Virus record (IMG/VR): IMGVR_UViG_3300044712_002337 | Location: 18,564-82,563 of that record | Reading direction: 5' to 3' (one strand) | Length of the DNA: 64,000 nt | Source: a virus | Taxonomy: Duplodnaviria; Heunggongvirae; Uroviricota; Caudoviricetes | Shown here: one piece after another, positions 63,365 to 64,000 of the stretch | Position numbering within the stretch: the stretch's first letter is position 1 | Layout: every line of letters begins with the position of its first letter | Translations under genes and position numbers: made by a program | The notes under the pieces: model-generated | Seen by the model: only the letters and a program-made list of their open reading frames with translations | What the model was told of the DNA's origin: nothing | Database searches by the model: none

Positions 63365-63796
63365 GTGGACGAAATTAACCCGCCCGAACCGCCGGCGAGC
63401 TTCCGCCTCTCGATAGGCGAATTCCTCATCGCCCAGTCCGCCTGGGAACCGCTGTGGAAAACCCCCCTCGTTGTGGACGGGGTCGGGGTCGCCGAGGTGA
63501 CCGGCGGCGGCCGCGGCCCGACCGTCCGACTCCCGGACCCGGCGTTCGGCCTGCTCCTGGCCCTCGCCCTCCCGACGCCGACCGGCGAGGGGCCGGGCGA
63601 CCGGTGGCACGAGGCCCTGTGCCGGGCCCGGGAGGCGGGCGACGCCGTGACCTGGAACGCGTTCGCCGACTGGTGTGACGACGAGGGGCACGCCCGCTGG
63701 GCGGCCATCGCCCGGGCGGAGTCCGAGAGGTTGGGACAAAAAGACGGCGGCGAAGCCGCCGTCCAAAAAACGAACTGCGAGGGGGCCGAGCGGTGA
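63365..63796 (+). CDS. Protein with C-terminal TIGR02996-like motif
   Basis: WHEALCRAREAGDAVTWNAFADWCDDEG; GTG after GAGCGGAGCGAGC. Confidence 0.6.
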   Translation: MDEINPPEPPASFRLSIGEFLIAQSAWEPLWKTPLVVDGVGVAEVTGGGRGPTVRLPDPAFGLLLALALPTPTGEGPGDRWHEALCRAREAGDAVTWNAFADWCDDEGHARWAAIARAESERLGQKDGGEAAVQKTNCEGAER

Positions 63797-64000
63797 CGCC
63801 AGAGGATAACCCCGCCGACGACATCTCGGAGGAGGAGTACTACCGGGGAATGGTCGAGGCGGAAGACCGCAAGTATTGCGAAGCAATCATGAATTCGCCC
63901 GAGTACGCCCAGGGGTACGACGACGCCCACCCGTTCAACCAGGACTGCGACATCTGCGGCGGCAAGGGGTGGCACAGTTTCGATGAGTACATGGGAAGGG

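Noticed and set aside
1-64000. Alternative genetic code or stop-codon reassignment
   Set aside because: Recognisable proteins are full length in code 11, and TAA, TAG and TGA are all used as stops with normal gene overlaps.

Overview
The whole 64 kb window reads as part of a large, GC-rich tailed-phage (or prophage) genome. I see no bacterial housekeeping, rRNA or tRNA genes. Positions 1-17.7 kb (minus strand) hold a sigma-like factor, terS-like gene, ERCC4 nuclease, terL, portal, protease/scaffold, decoration protein, major capsid, an RcGTA-type head-spike base and several fibre/adhesin proteins (PA14, G8 plus beta-helix). Positions 17.8-64 kb (plus strand) hold about 95 mostly small accessory genes. 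These include TIGR02996-like proteins (suggesting a Gemmataceae/Planctomycetota host), a polynucleotide kinase, an RNA ligase with a 2H phosphoesterase, a FeeM-like acyltransferase, a gp88-like protein, a ParB-like protein and an AAA ATPase / metallopeptidase-vWA module. Selfish elements are dense: two TnpB-only elements, four free-standing endonucleases and two inteins. The strongest unexplained signals are: (1) an intein whose LAGLIDADG endonuclease is encoded in an overlapping +1 frame while the intein frame stays open; (2) about 32 copies of a hairpin + ATTTTAAAAGG-N-GAAA element at gene boundaries in both orientations; (3) an endonuclease sitting between two versions of the AAA ATPase N-terminus; (4) short AT-rich, apparently recoded patches over conserved catalytic motifs; (5) a modular GLGL-anchored head-spike set. 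All family assignments are by eye from motifs and synteny; no database search was run.
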